Source: a virus (lineage: Duplodnaviria; Caudoviricetes). From it: DNA of 64,000 bases. The notes under the pieces were generated by a model, which had not been told where the DNA came from, searched no databases, and was given only the letters and a program-made list of their open reading frames with translations. Position numbers and translations under genes: made by a program. Shown in pieces: positions 21,313 to 29,635 of the stretch. Each line of letters opens with the position of its first letter. The first letter of the stretch is position 1. The stretch lies in the IMG/VR virus record IMGVR_UViG_3300017909_001210, positions 1 to 64,000 of that record, one strand, 5' to 3'.

Positions 21313-21558
21313 ATGTCAGGAATAAAAGGAACAATATCAAGAGTAGCAACCATAGGTGGTCGAGTAGCTGGACAAGGAAATATCCGTGCTAAACAGGTCG
21401 CTATTGGTAATTCGTCTTCTAATGTAAACCTTTCTGCAAAATCTATCAATGAACTTGCAGATGTAAATGCTTCAGAAACAGATGACGGACTACTTTCATA
21501 CGATGCTGAAACAGATAAGTGGACAACTACTACTGTTTTAGATGGTGGAACGTTTTAA
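21313..21558 (+). CDS. Small structural protein ending in DGGTF
   Basis: 81 aa; L.DVN....DDGLL.YD..T.KW repeat unit; C-terminal DGGTF. Confidence 0.65.
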   Translation: MSGIKGTISRVATIGGRVAGQGNIRAKQVAIGNSSSNVNLSAKSINELADVNASETDDGLLSYDAETDKWTTTTVLDGGTF

Positions 21559-21574
21559 TCGTATAAATAAATAT

Positions 21575-21705
21575 ACAAATCAAGGATACCGACCAGTGAA
21601 GGTATCGACCCACATTGTGAGTGGACTAGTTATATATTATGTTTCTCTCGGGATAGTGAACGAGAATTAATTAATTAATTTTACATAAACTATAGGAATA
21701 GAAAA
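21575..21705 (+). promoter_or_regulatory. Long structured 5' leader of fibre gene (three hairpins)
   Basis: Late promoter at 21562-21569; stems GATACC/GGTATC (21585-21606), CCAC/GTGG (21610-21624), TCTCG/CGAGA (21646-21665). Confidence 0.5.
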
Positions 21706-23295
21706 ATGGCAACAGTTATTCAAATCAAAAGAAGCACAGGCTCTGCCGCTCCAGCTGTATCAGACTTAGCTGAGGGTGAATTAGCGTATGTGCAAGATAG
21801 GAGTAATTCAGGTGCTAGTGCAAAACTTTTTATTGAATCAGTAGATTCTGATAACAGCACTCCTTTAATACAAGCTATTGGTGGTAAGTATTATACGGAT
21901 ATGTTAGCAGGTTCAACTGCAACACCTGCCGACTTTTTAGTTGGTAATGGTTCAACCTCAGGTGGTTCAATCAAGTTAATGGAAGATTCAGACAACGGAA
22001 GTAATTCAGTTGCATTGAAAGCTCCCGATACACTAGCTTCGAATGTATCCTTTGTTCTACCTTCTTCAGATGGTAGTGCAAACCAAGTATTAGGAACAGA
22101 CGGGTCAGGAAACTTATCTTTCTTATCTACTACTTCAACACTAGCTGGTGCTTCAGACTCAGACATTTCAAACCCTGCTTCAGGACACATTCTTGTCCAT
22201 GACGGGACGGATTCGTTTGACAACGTAGCAATCAGTGGTGACATTTCACTTGCATCAAGTGGTGCGGTGACAATTTCTGCTGGTGCAGTAGAATTCTCAA
22301 TGTTAGATGGTGCAATGGTTCAAACTGCATCAGAGTTCGCTTTAAATGGTTTAGGTGATAATGACACCTCAGTCATGACAGCTGCTGCGGTTAATGATTT
22401 AATTGAATCAAAAGTGACTGCAGAAGACCTAGACGTAGCTGGTGACAGTGGAACAGGTTCAGTCGACTTAGATTCACAATCATTAACAATCGCAGGAACA
22501 ACTAACGAGATTGAAACTTCTGCTTCAGGACAAACTATAACAGTAGGTTTACCAAATGACGTGACAGTCGGAAACGACTTAACAGTCACAAATAACTTAG
22601 TTGTTTCAGGTCAATTACAATCAGACGATATTACTGCAGCGACAATGACTGCTTCAGGAAACGTTGTTGTGACAGGAGACTTAACAGTTAACGGAACTAC
22701 TACAACTGTAAACTCAACAACTACATCAGTTGCTGACCCAGTATTTGAAATCGGTGATGATGCATCAGATGACAACTTAGATAGAGGTATTAAATTTAAG
22801 TATAACTCAGGTGGTGCCGCAGGTGGTGCAAAAGTTGGTTTCTTCGGTTATGATGATACAGACGCTACATTTACTTTCATTAGTGATGCAACAGATTCAT
22901 CTTCAACCTTCTCAGGTTCAGCTGGTAATGTTAAGTTCGGTGGTTTAGCACTTTCAGGTTCAATTACTTCATATGACGGGTCAGCACCAACTGCTGGTCA
23001 AGTTCTAATCGGTAATGGAACTAATGGTGATTTACAACTTGGAACTCTAACTGCTGGTGAAGGGATTGATGTCACAAATGCAGACGGAAGTATAACCCTT
23101 TCAGCTGAAGATGCAACTGACTCTAACAAGGGTATTGCTTCATTCTCCGCTTCTTACTTTACAGTGACTAGTGGTGATGTTGCGATTGCAGATGCAACAA
23201 CTTCAAGTAAAGGTATAGCTTCATTCGACTCAAGTAATTTCACACTCACTTCAGGTGACGTTGCAATTACAGCTATTGATGGTGGAACATTTTAA
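21706..23295 (+). CDS. Tail fibre-like protein, Mtd-N-like N-terminus
   Basis: 529 aa; MATVIQIKRS...P...L.EGELAY start; ATxSxKGIASF repeats; ends DGGTF. Confidence 0.75.
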   Translation: MATVIQIKRSTGSAAPAVSDLAEGELAYVQDRSNSGASAKLFIESVDSDNSTPLIQAIGGKYYTDMLAGSTATPADFLVGNGSTSGGSIKLMEDSDNGSNSVALKAPDTLASNVSFVLPSSDGSANQVLGTDGSGNLSFLSTTSTLAGASDSDISNPASGHILVHDGTDSFDNVAISGDISLASSGAVTISAGAVEFSMLDGAMVQTASEFALNGLGDNDTSVMTAAAVNDLIESKVTAEDLDVAGDSGTGSVDLDSQSLTIAGTTNEIETSASGQTITVGLPNDVTVGNDLTVTNNLVVSGQLQSDDITAATMTASGNVVVTGDLTVNGTTTTVNSTTTSVADPVFEIGDDASDDNLDRGIKFKYNSGGAAGGAKVGFFGYDDTDATFTFISDATDSSSTFSGSAGNVKFGGLALSGSITSYDGSAPTAGQVLIGNGTNGDLQLGTLTAGEGIDVTNADGSITLSAEDATDSNKGIASFSASYFTVTSGDVAIADATTSSKGIASFDSSNFTLTSGDVAITAIDGGTF

Positions 23296-23324
23296 TAATA
23301 GTTAATCAATAATAGGAGAGTCAA

Positions 23325-24446
23325 ATGGCAACTGTAATTACATTTAAAAAGAGTTCTACTCAGAATGCAACTCCAGGCGTAAGTGACCTAGTTCTTGGTG
23401 AATTAGCAGTCAATACTTACCACGGAAGATTTTATACTGAGAAGAACGATGGAACGGCTGCCGTTGTCGAGGTCGGGTCAAACCCTGCCTCTTTGACAGT
23501 TAATGATGCTATTACATTTCCAACTTCAGATGGAACATCAGGACAAGTATTACAAACAGACGGAAGTGGAACACTTTCTTTTGCAGATTCTTCATCTGCG
23601 TCAGATAACGTATTCACTTATACTGTCACTTCTAACCAAACAATTTTCTCAGGAAACGATGATGACGGACAAACATTGTCCTATTCAATTGGTGAAGAAC
23701 AAGTATACTTAAATGGTGTTTTATTAGTAGACGGAGGTGCTGACTATACAACAACTAATACTTCTACAATCACTTTACAAGCAAATGCAGTAAGTGGTGA
23801 CGTAGTTGTAATTAGAACGCCTGGTTCTGCGTCAACAAGTGCTTCAACAGGAAGTTCTGACTTGACAACAACAGATTCAGACCAAGCATTATTGTCAGTT
23901 CCCGTTGCAAACAAAGCGATTAAAGTCAACTTGGTTGCAACCCACTCTACAGCAGGAGCTCATTTTGCAGAAGTCGTAGTAGTAAATGACGGAAGTAATT
24001 CTTATATCTCACAATTTGCAGACACTTTTACAGGTTCAAGTCTATTCAGTCTTGCAACTGATATCAGTGGTTCAGATATGAGATTGTTAATTACCCCAAC
24101 AAATACTAATACAAGTGTATCTTCTTCATATATTAAACTTCCAACTGCTGGAACTTCAACAACATTTTCTGCTACAACTGCAGACCAAGTGTTGTCAAGT
24201 GTTTCAACAGGAATTAAAGGTATTAAATATGAATTGGTAGCAACACATGCTACTGCGGGAACACACTTTGCAGAAGTGACATTGACAAACGATGGTTCAG
24301 ATGCATACTTCGTCCAATTTGGAGACGTATTCACAAATGCATCATTGTTTACATTGGACGCAGACGTGTCAGGAAGTAATCAACGACTTCTAATCACACC
24401 TGCGAATACTAACACAACTGTTTCAGTTAAGAAAACAACATTATAG
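23325..24446 (+). CDS. Tail fibre-like protein, Mtd-N-like N-terminus, duplicated C-terminal domain
   Basis: 373 aa; MATVITFKKS...LGELAVN; two HFAEV...NDG..QF copies. Confidence 0.7.
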   Translation: MATVITFKKSSTQNATPGVSDLVLGELAVNTYHGRFYTEKNDGTAAVVEVGSNPASLTVNDAITFPTSDGTSGQVLQTDGSGTLSFADSSSASDNVFTYTVTSNQTIFSGNDDDGQTLSYSIGEEQVYLNGVLLVDGGADYTTTNTSTITLQANAVSGDVVVIRTPGSASTSASTGSSDLTTTDSDQALLSVPVANKAIKVNLVATHSTAGAHFAEVVVVNDGSNSYISQFADTFTGSSLFSLATDISGSDMRLLITPTNTNTSVSSSYIKLPTAGTSTTFSATTADQVLSSVSTGIKGIKYELVATHATAGTHFAEVTLTNDGSDAYFVQFGDVFTNASLFTLDADVSGSNQRLLITPANTNTTVSVKKTTL

Positions 24447-24456
24447 GGGATAAGAA

Positions 24457-24867
24457 ATGGCTAAAACAAATGCTTTTAAGATTGCTGAGTTAATCCGTGC
24501 TATCACTTTTGATGTTGATAATGACGAAATAGTCACAAGTAAAGCAATACAGTCTAAGAATAAAAAGACTGGTGGTGATACATATACTGCAACAACAGAA
24601 GTTGCACTCGATACTTTTGCACATGCAAGTTTCAGAGCTGCAAGATACGTTATTGCAATGGACGAGGGAACAAACTTCCACTCAACCGAAGTTATGTTGG
24701 TTCACGATGGTTCTACAGTGACTATGACTCAATATGGAACATTGAAAGATACTAATCTCGCAACATTCGATGCAGATATTAGTGGTGACAATGTAAGGTT
24801 GTTAATAACACCTGCTAGTGCTAATAGCACAATCGTCAAATTTGATAGAACAGTGGTAGACGCTTAA
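24457..24867 (+). CDS. Small fibre-associated protein
   Basis: 136 aa; shares the TEV.LVHDG....TQYG domain with neighbours. Confidence 0.65.
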   Translation: MAKTNAFKIAELIRAITFDVDNDEIVTSKAIQSKNKKTGGDTYTATTEVALDTFAHASFRAARYVIAMDEGTNFHSTEVMLVHDGSTVTMTQYGTLKDTNLATFDADISGDNVRLLITPASANSTIVKFDRTVVDA

Positions 24868-24885
24868 CATCTAATTTAAAAAACT

Positions 24886-24914
24886 AAGGGGGTTCTTCGG
24901 AACCCTCTTTTTTT
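24886..24914 (+). terminator. Rho-independent terminator with C(UUCG)G tetraloop
   Basis: AAGGGGGTTC-TTCG-GAACCCTCTT followed by a T run. Confidence 0.9.
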
Positions 24915-24963
24915 GGCTTGAAAAAAACCATAAATAGATTTAGACAATTTAAACGAGTATTTT

Positions 24964-25797
24964 ATGGCAACCAATTCGAAATTCATTGCAGATTTAGGTT
25001 TAAAGACTGATGCAGATTTACAAGTAGACGGAAATATAACTGTATCAGGTAATCTAACTGTAAATGGCACAACTACAACAGTTAATTCCACTACAACTTC
25101 AGTGGAAGACTCGATGCTGGAACTTGCAAACCAAAATACTAGTTCAGATACACTTGATATAGGTATTTACGGAAATTATGATGACGGATTGGGTGACGGA
25201 GCTTCAGAATACACTGGATTATTCAGAGATGCAACCGATTCAACTTGGAAATTATTTGACGGACTAGAAGTAGAACCAACAACTACAGTTAACACAAGTG
25301 GTTCAGGTTATTCACTTGCAGATATACAGGTGGGTGACTTAACAGCAACTACTTTAACTGCAACCAACAGTCTTACAGGGTCTTCTATCACCTATCCTAC
25401 CTCAGACGGAACTAACGGACAAGTTCTTACAACAAATGGTAGTGGAACATTATCTTTTGCAGATGCAAGTAGTGGATTGGAAGAAGGAACAGTCACAACA
25501 ACTTCAACAAGTATAACAAATTTAGATAGTATTGCAGTTGCATCATATAGAGGTGCAAAATATTCAATAACAATATCAGATTCTACTAGTGGTGTGTATC
25601 AAATAACAGAATGTCATGTAATTCATGACGGAACCAGTGCTAGTATAACACAATTTGGAACAGTATTGCAAGGTGGTTCAAGTGAATTGGGAACATTTAC
25701 AGTAGATATTAATAGTGGAAACTTGAGATTGAGAGTTGCAAGTGCAACAACCAATTCAACAGTATACAAGTTTAAAAGAATCGACCATTCTGTATAA
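24964..25797 (+). CDS. Fibre-like structural protein
   Basis: 277 aa; GNLTVNGTTTTVNSTTTSV, YPTSDGTNGQVL, TECHVIHDG..TQFG modules shared with neighbours; CATAAATA at 24929-24936. Confidence 0.7.
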   Translation: MATNSKFIADLGLKTDADLQVDGNITVSGNLTVNGTTTTVNSTTTSVEDSMLELANQNTSSDTLDIGIYGNYDDGLGDGASEYTGLFRDATDSTWKLFDGLEVEPTTTVNTSGSGYSLADIQVGDLTATTLTATNSLTGSSITYPTSDGTNGQVLTTNGSGTLSFADASSGLEEGTVTTTSTSITNLDSIAVASYRGAKYSITISDSTSGVYQITECHVIHDGTSASITQFGTVLQGGSSELGTFTVDINSGNLRLRVASATTNSTVYKFKRIDHSV

Positions 25798-25890
25798 TTT
25801 TTTTAATCTTTTTTTAAAATAACCTTCTGCTTAAACGACTCGACTTTATAAATATTAGGGTAAAATCAAAGTAAAAGGGGACTTTTCTAA

Positions 25891-26151
25891 ATGGCAACAC
25901 AAAATACCTTTGTAATTGAATATGGATTGACTGTAGGAACTACCGAAGTCATATCAAGTGCGGGTAAACTCGCTGCAAGTGCATTATCATTATTAAATAC
26001 TGATTCACTTGCTGAAGGGTCAACCAATCAATACTTTTCAAACAGTCTTGCAAGAGGTGCTATATCACTTGCAAGTGGAGAATCAAATTTAAGTTATAAT
26101 TCAACTTCGGGTGAATTATCATTACCACAAGTAGATGGGGGAACATTTTAA
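25891..26151 (+). CDS. Small structural protein ending in DGGTF
   Basis: 86 aa; N-terminus paralogous to next ORF; late promoter at 25847-25854. Confidence 0.65.
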   Translation: MATQNTFVIEYGLTVGTTEVISSAGKLAASALSLLNTDSLAEGSTNQYFSNSLARGAISLASGESNLSYNSTSGELSLPQVDGGTF

Positions 26152-27737
26152 TGACAGCTAAGAACTTTATAATCAAGAATGGTCTTACAGTCGGGACAAC
26201 AGAGGTTATAGACAGTTCAGGTAGACTTACGGGTTCTGCCATAACTGATTCGATTGACGATAGAGTCAATACCCTCTTGACTGCGGGAACAGGTATAACA
26301 TTAACATATGACGATAGTGCAAACACACTAACAATTGACGGACAAACTGGTGATGTGACTGGAGTCACTGCTGGAACAGGTCTATCAGGTGGTGGTTCAT
26401 CAGGTGACGTTTCACTTGCTATCGACTACAGTGCAACTTGGGGAGGTAATTTAATCCCTGATGGAAACGAAACAAGGGACTTAGGTTCTACAAGTGCAAG
26501 GTGGAATGACTTATACCTTGCTGGTTCAACTATTAACTTAGGTGGAACAGAACTTTCAAAAGACTCAGACGGAAATATTGAGATGTCTGCAAGTGGAACA
26601 TTGAAATCACTTAAAGTTGCAGAAATCGAAATTGGAACAGGAGATGACGTTCTTGTTCTTAAAAGAGATAGTAATGGTAAACTTCAATCAAGAAGTAAGA
26701 ACAAAACTTCAAGAACAGAAACAGCTGCAGATGTAGATTTATCTAATAACGATTCAGATGACCTTTCAGAAGGGTCAAGCAACCTCTATTACACTGATGC
26801 ACGTGTTCAAACATTCTTAGGTGGTGGTTCACTTGCTGGTAATGTCATACCAGCTGCTGATAACACATATGACTTAGGTTCATCTTCAAGAATGTGGAAG
26901 GACGTATATATCGGGCCAGGTTCATTATATGTTAATGGTCAGAAAGTGGTTGAAGATAACTCAGGAACAATCGTTGTTTCTGCAGACGATAACCAAAACG
27001 TTTCTGTTCAAACAGGTGGTTCAGGTGACGTAGAACTTGACCCAACAGGAACAGGTGTTATCCAAATTAAAGGAACACTTCAAATCGAAGACGGACAAAA
27101 CATTACTAACAGTGCTGGAAATGAAATATCTTTCGGAAACAATATAACAGTTGACCAAATTGCATCTAAATCAACAGACACTAACTTAGTATTAAGTGGT
27201 AATGGAACAGGTAATGTCACATTAAATGACAATGTTGCAATTACAGGTGACTTAACAGTTTCAGGAACTACAACGACTGTAAACTCAGAAACTATTTCAC
27301 TTGCAGATAACGTAATTGCATTAAACAGTAATTTCACTTCAGGTTCACCAACAGAAGATTCAGGTATTAGTATCACTAGAGGTGGTTCTTCTGCTAAGAC
27401 ACTTCTTTGGGACGAAACAAATGACAAATGGACTGTAGGTTCAGAAACTTTTGTTGCTGGAACTTTCGAAGGAAACCTAACTGGAAATGTCACTGGAAAT
27501 GTCATTGGAGATGTCACTGGAGACTTAACAGGAACAGCTTCAAGTGCAACCCTTGCTACAAATGCTCAAGGATTGACTGGAACTCCAAATATTTCAGTTG
27601 GAACAATTGCCTCAGGTGCTATTACTATCACCAATGCAACAAACAGTGGTGGAACTGCTAGAAACGTTTACCAATCAACATCAGCTCCTGCTTCAGGTGA
27701 TGGTGCGGTTGGTGATTTGTGGATTCTTTACTCCTAA
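26151..27737 (+). CDS. Tail fibre-like protein
   Basis: 528 aa, T/S/G-rich, GNVIPAADNTYDLGSSSRMW motif, VTGN repeats, C-terminal AP...GDLWI module. Confidence 0.7.
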   Translation: MTAKNFIIKNGLTVGTTEVIDSSGRLTGSAITDSIDDRVNTLLTAGTGITLTYDDSANTLTIDGQTGDVTGVTAGTGLSGGGSSGDVSLAIDYSATWGGNLIPDGNETRDLGSTSARWNDLYLAGSTINLGGTELSKDSDGNIEMSASGTLKSLKVAEIEIGTGDDVLVLKRDSNGKLQSRSKNKTSRTETAADVDLSNNDSDDLSEGSSNLYYTDARVQTFLGGGSLAGNVIPAADNTYDLGSSSRMWKDVYIGPGSLYVNGQKVVEDNSGTIVVSADDNQNVSVQTGGSGDVELDPTGTGVIQIKGTLQIEDGQNITNSAGNEISFGNNITVDQIASKSTDTNLVLSGNGTGNVTLNDNVAITGDLTVSGTTTTVNSETISLADNVIALNSNFTSGSPTEDSGISITRGGSSAKTLLWDETNDKWTVGSETFVAGTFEGNLTGNVTGNVIGDVTGDLTGTASSATLATNAQGLTGTPNISVGTIASGAITITNATNSGGTARNVYQSTSAPASGDGAVGDLWILYS

Positions 27738-27791
27738 TCTAGGGGTTTAGAATCTTTATAAATATGAGAACTTTTAACGGGAAATAACTAA

Positions 27792-28364
27792 ATGGCAATC
27801 GGAATTACACAACAACCTTACATTGCAAGTGCTCAGCAGCCTTTTTCATTCCAAAGTCCGTTTACGTATAGTGCAAGGTATCCTGCTAACGCACAACAAC
27901 CCGTGTCGTATCAGTCACCTTTTACGTATAATGCAAGGTATCCAGCGAATGCTCAACAACCAGTGACATATAGGTCACCATTTACCTATAGAGTTCCATA
28001 TCGTGCAAATGCAAGACAACCATTTACTTACAGAAACCCATTTACATATAGGGTTCCATACCAAGCAAATGCAAGACAACCTTTTACATATAACTTTAGG
28101 TCACCATTCACTTACAGAAACCCAAGTAATGCTAGACAACCTTCTGAGTATCAACATAGAAGTCCGTTTACTTACCAAAATCCAGTGAATGCACAAGAAC
28201 CTAATATAAGAAATGCTCAGACACCATTTACATATAGTAATAGACAACCATTTACATATAGTAATAGACAACCAGCAACATATGCGACTCAAGGAAGAAC
28301 TCCTGAAGCAAGGTGGGACGGAGTAGTATCACAACAGTGGCCTGGGTCACCAATAACAGGATAA
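27792..28364 (+). CDS. Pro/Tyr/Gln-rich tandem-repeat protein
   Basis: 190 aa built from (R/Q)(S/N/Q)PFTY and NA(R/Q)QP units; late promoter at 27757-27764. Confidence 0.75.
   Translation: MAIGITQQPYIASAQQPFSFQSPFTYSARYPANAQQPVSYQSPFTYNARYPANAQQPVTYRSPFTYRVPYRANARQPFTYRNPFTYRVPYQANARQPFTYNFRSPFTYRNPSNARQPSEYQHRSPFTYQNPVNAQEPNIRNAQTPFTYSNRQPFTYSNRQPATYATQGRTPEARWDGVVSQQWPGSPITG
28224..28274 (+). repeat. 24-bp exact tandem repeat (2 copies + 3 nt)
   Basis: CCATTTACATATAGTAATAGACAA x2, encodes PFTYSNRQ. Confidence 0.9.
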
Positions 28365-28372
28365 TATAAGAC

Positions 28373-29593
28373 ATGGCATCAGGAAATCAATCAGTCAAGA
28401 CACCTACAGGTTGGAATGCGACCCAAGGTGCATGGGTTAAAACTGGTTCTTCTACGTGGAGTGCAGTTGACCAAATCTATATCAAAACACCTTCAGGGTG
28501 GAATAATGCTTCGGGTCAAGAACTTACACAAGTTCCATACCCTTATATTGCAAACAGTCAAACACCATATATTGCAAATGGTCAACAACCTTATATTGCA
28601 GATGCAAGACAACCTTCTGAGTATCAACATAGGTCACCATTTACATATAGAAATCCAGTAAATGCTCAAGAACCTAACATTAGGAATGCACAAACACCAT
28701 TTACATATCAGAATCCAGTAAATGCACAACAACCTAATATTAGAGATGCACAAAACCCATTTACATACGAAAACAGATATCCTGCGAATGCTCAGTCACC
28801 AAGTAATGCACAAAACCCATTCACTTATGACGCAAGGTATCCTGCGAATATTCAACAACCAGTAGCATTTAGGTCACCTTTCACATATCGTGTGCCTTAT
28901 ATTGCTAATGCTAGACAACCAGTAGCATTTAGGTCACCTTTCACATATCGTGTGCCTTATATTGCTAATGCTAGACAACCTGTTAGTGGAAGGAATCCAT
29001 TTACATATAACAATAGGGCTGCGGTGTCTTACTTCTATCCTGACCCATCGCCTGGTGGTGGTGGTGGTGGCGGTTGCTTCGTCGCTGGGACACCTATTCT
29101 TATGCATGACGGAACAACAAAACCAATTGAGTCAATCGTATTGGGTGACCAAATTAAAGTTTGGAGTGAGGAAGGTCAAATTGTTAAAGAAGTTGAAAAA
29201 CTTATGTCACCAAGACCTACTAAAGTTGTTAACCTCGTTATTGCAAATGAAAACGGAGATACAGTTGCAGAATTAGGAACAACAAAAGACCACCCATTCA
29301 AACTAGTAGACGGAACATGGGGTGTTGTAGATACTGAATATTGGAAAGAATCTCACCCTCAGTTTGAAAATACTGAACAATTGTATGGTGAAGAATTAAA
29401 TGAAGTCAATCTAAAAGTTGGTGATAAACTTCAATCAGTTTGGGGTTCTGCAGTTCTAAAAGATATTATTGATACTGGTGAAGAAAAAGAAGTATACCAT
29501 ATATTAGAAGTAGGTAATTTCTATACAGACGGAGTTGTCGCACATAACATGGTGAAACAAATCTTCGATCCCATCGACAATGAGAGATTCTAG
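28373..29593 (+). CDS. Pro/Tyr repeat protein with C-terminal Hint (intein-like) domain
   Basis: 406 aa; PFTY repeats, Gly7 linker, CFVAGT (Cys codon 29075), TKDHPF block B, VAHN (ends 29548), then 14 aa tail. Confidence 0.85.
   Translation: MASGNQSVKTPTGWNATQGAWVKTGSSTWSAVDQIYIKTPSGWNNASGQELTQVPYPYIANSQTPYIANGQQPYIADARQPSEYQHRSPFTYRNPVNAQEPNIRNAQTPFTYQNPVNAQQPNIRDAQNPFTYENRYPANAQSPSNAQNPFTYDARYPANIQQPVAFRSPFTYRVPYIANARQPVAFRSPFTYRVPYIANARQPVSGRNPFTYNNRAAVSYFYPDPSPGGGGGGGCFVAGTPILMHDGTTKPIESIVLGDQIKVWSEEGQIVKEVEKLMSPRPTKVVNLVIANENGDTVAELGTTKDHPFKLVDGTWGVVDTEYWKESHPQFENTEQLYGEELNEVNLKVGDKLQSVWGSAVLKDIIDTGEEKEVYHILEVGNFYTDGVVAHNMVKQIFDPIDNERF
28855..28980 (+). repeat. 60-bp exact tandem duplication
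   Basis: 28861-28920 is identical to 28921-28980 (20-aa unit VAFRSPFTYRVPYIANARQP). Confidence 0.95.
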
Positions 29594-29635
29594 AGGTTTA
29601 ATTAAACCTTATTAGAACTTCCCTAAATATATATT

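Noticed and set aside
27792-29050. Diversity-generating retroelement TR/VR pair
   Set aside because: Differences between the duplicated blocks are synonymous and not adenine-specific; no reverse transcriptase in the window, despite Mtd-N-like fibre heads.
29075-29548. Mobile intein or homing element
   Set aside because: No endonuclease domain, +1 residue is Met, and it is not inserted in a conserved enzyme motif; treated as a Hint autoprocessing domain.
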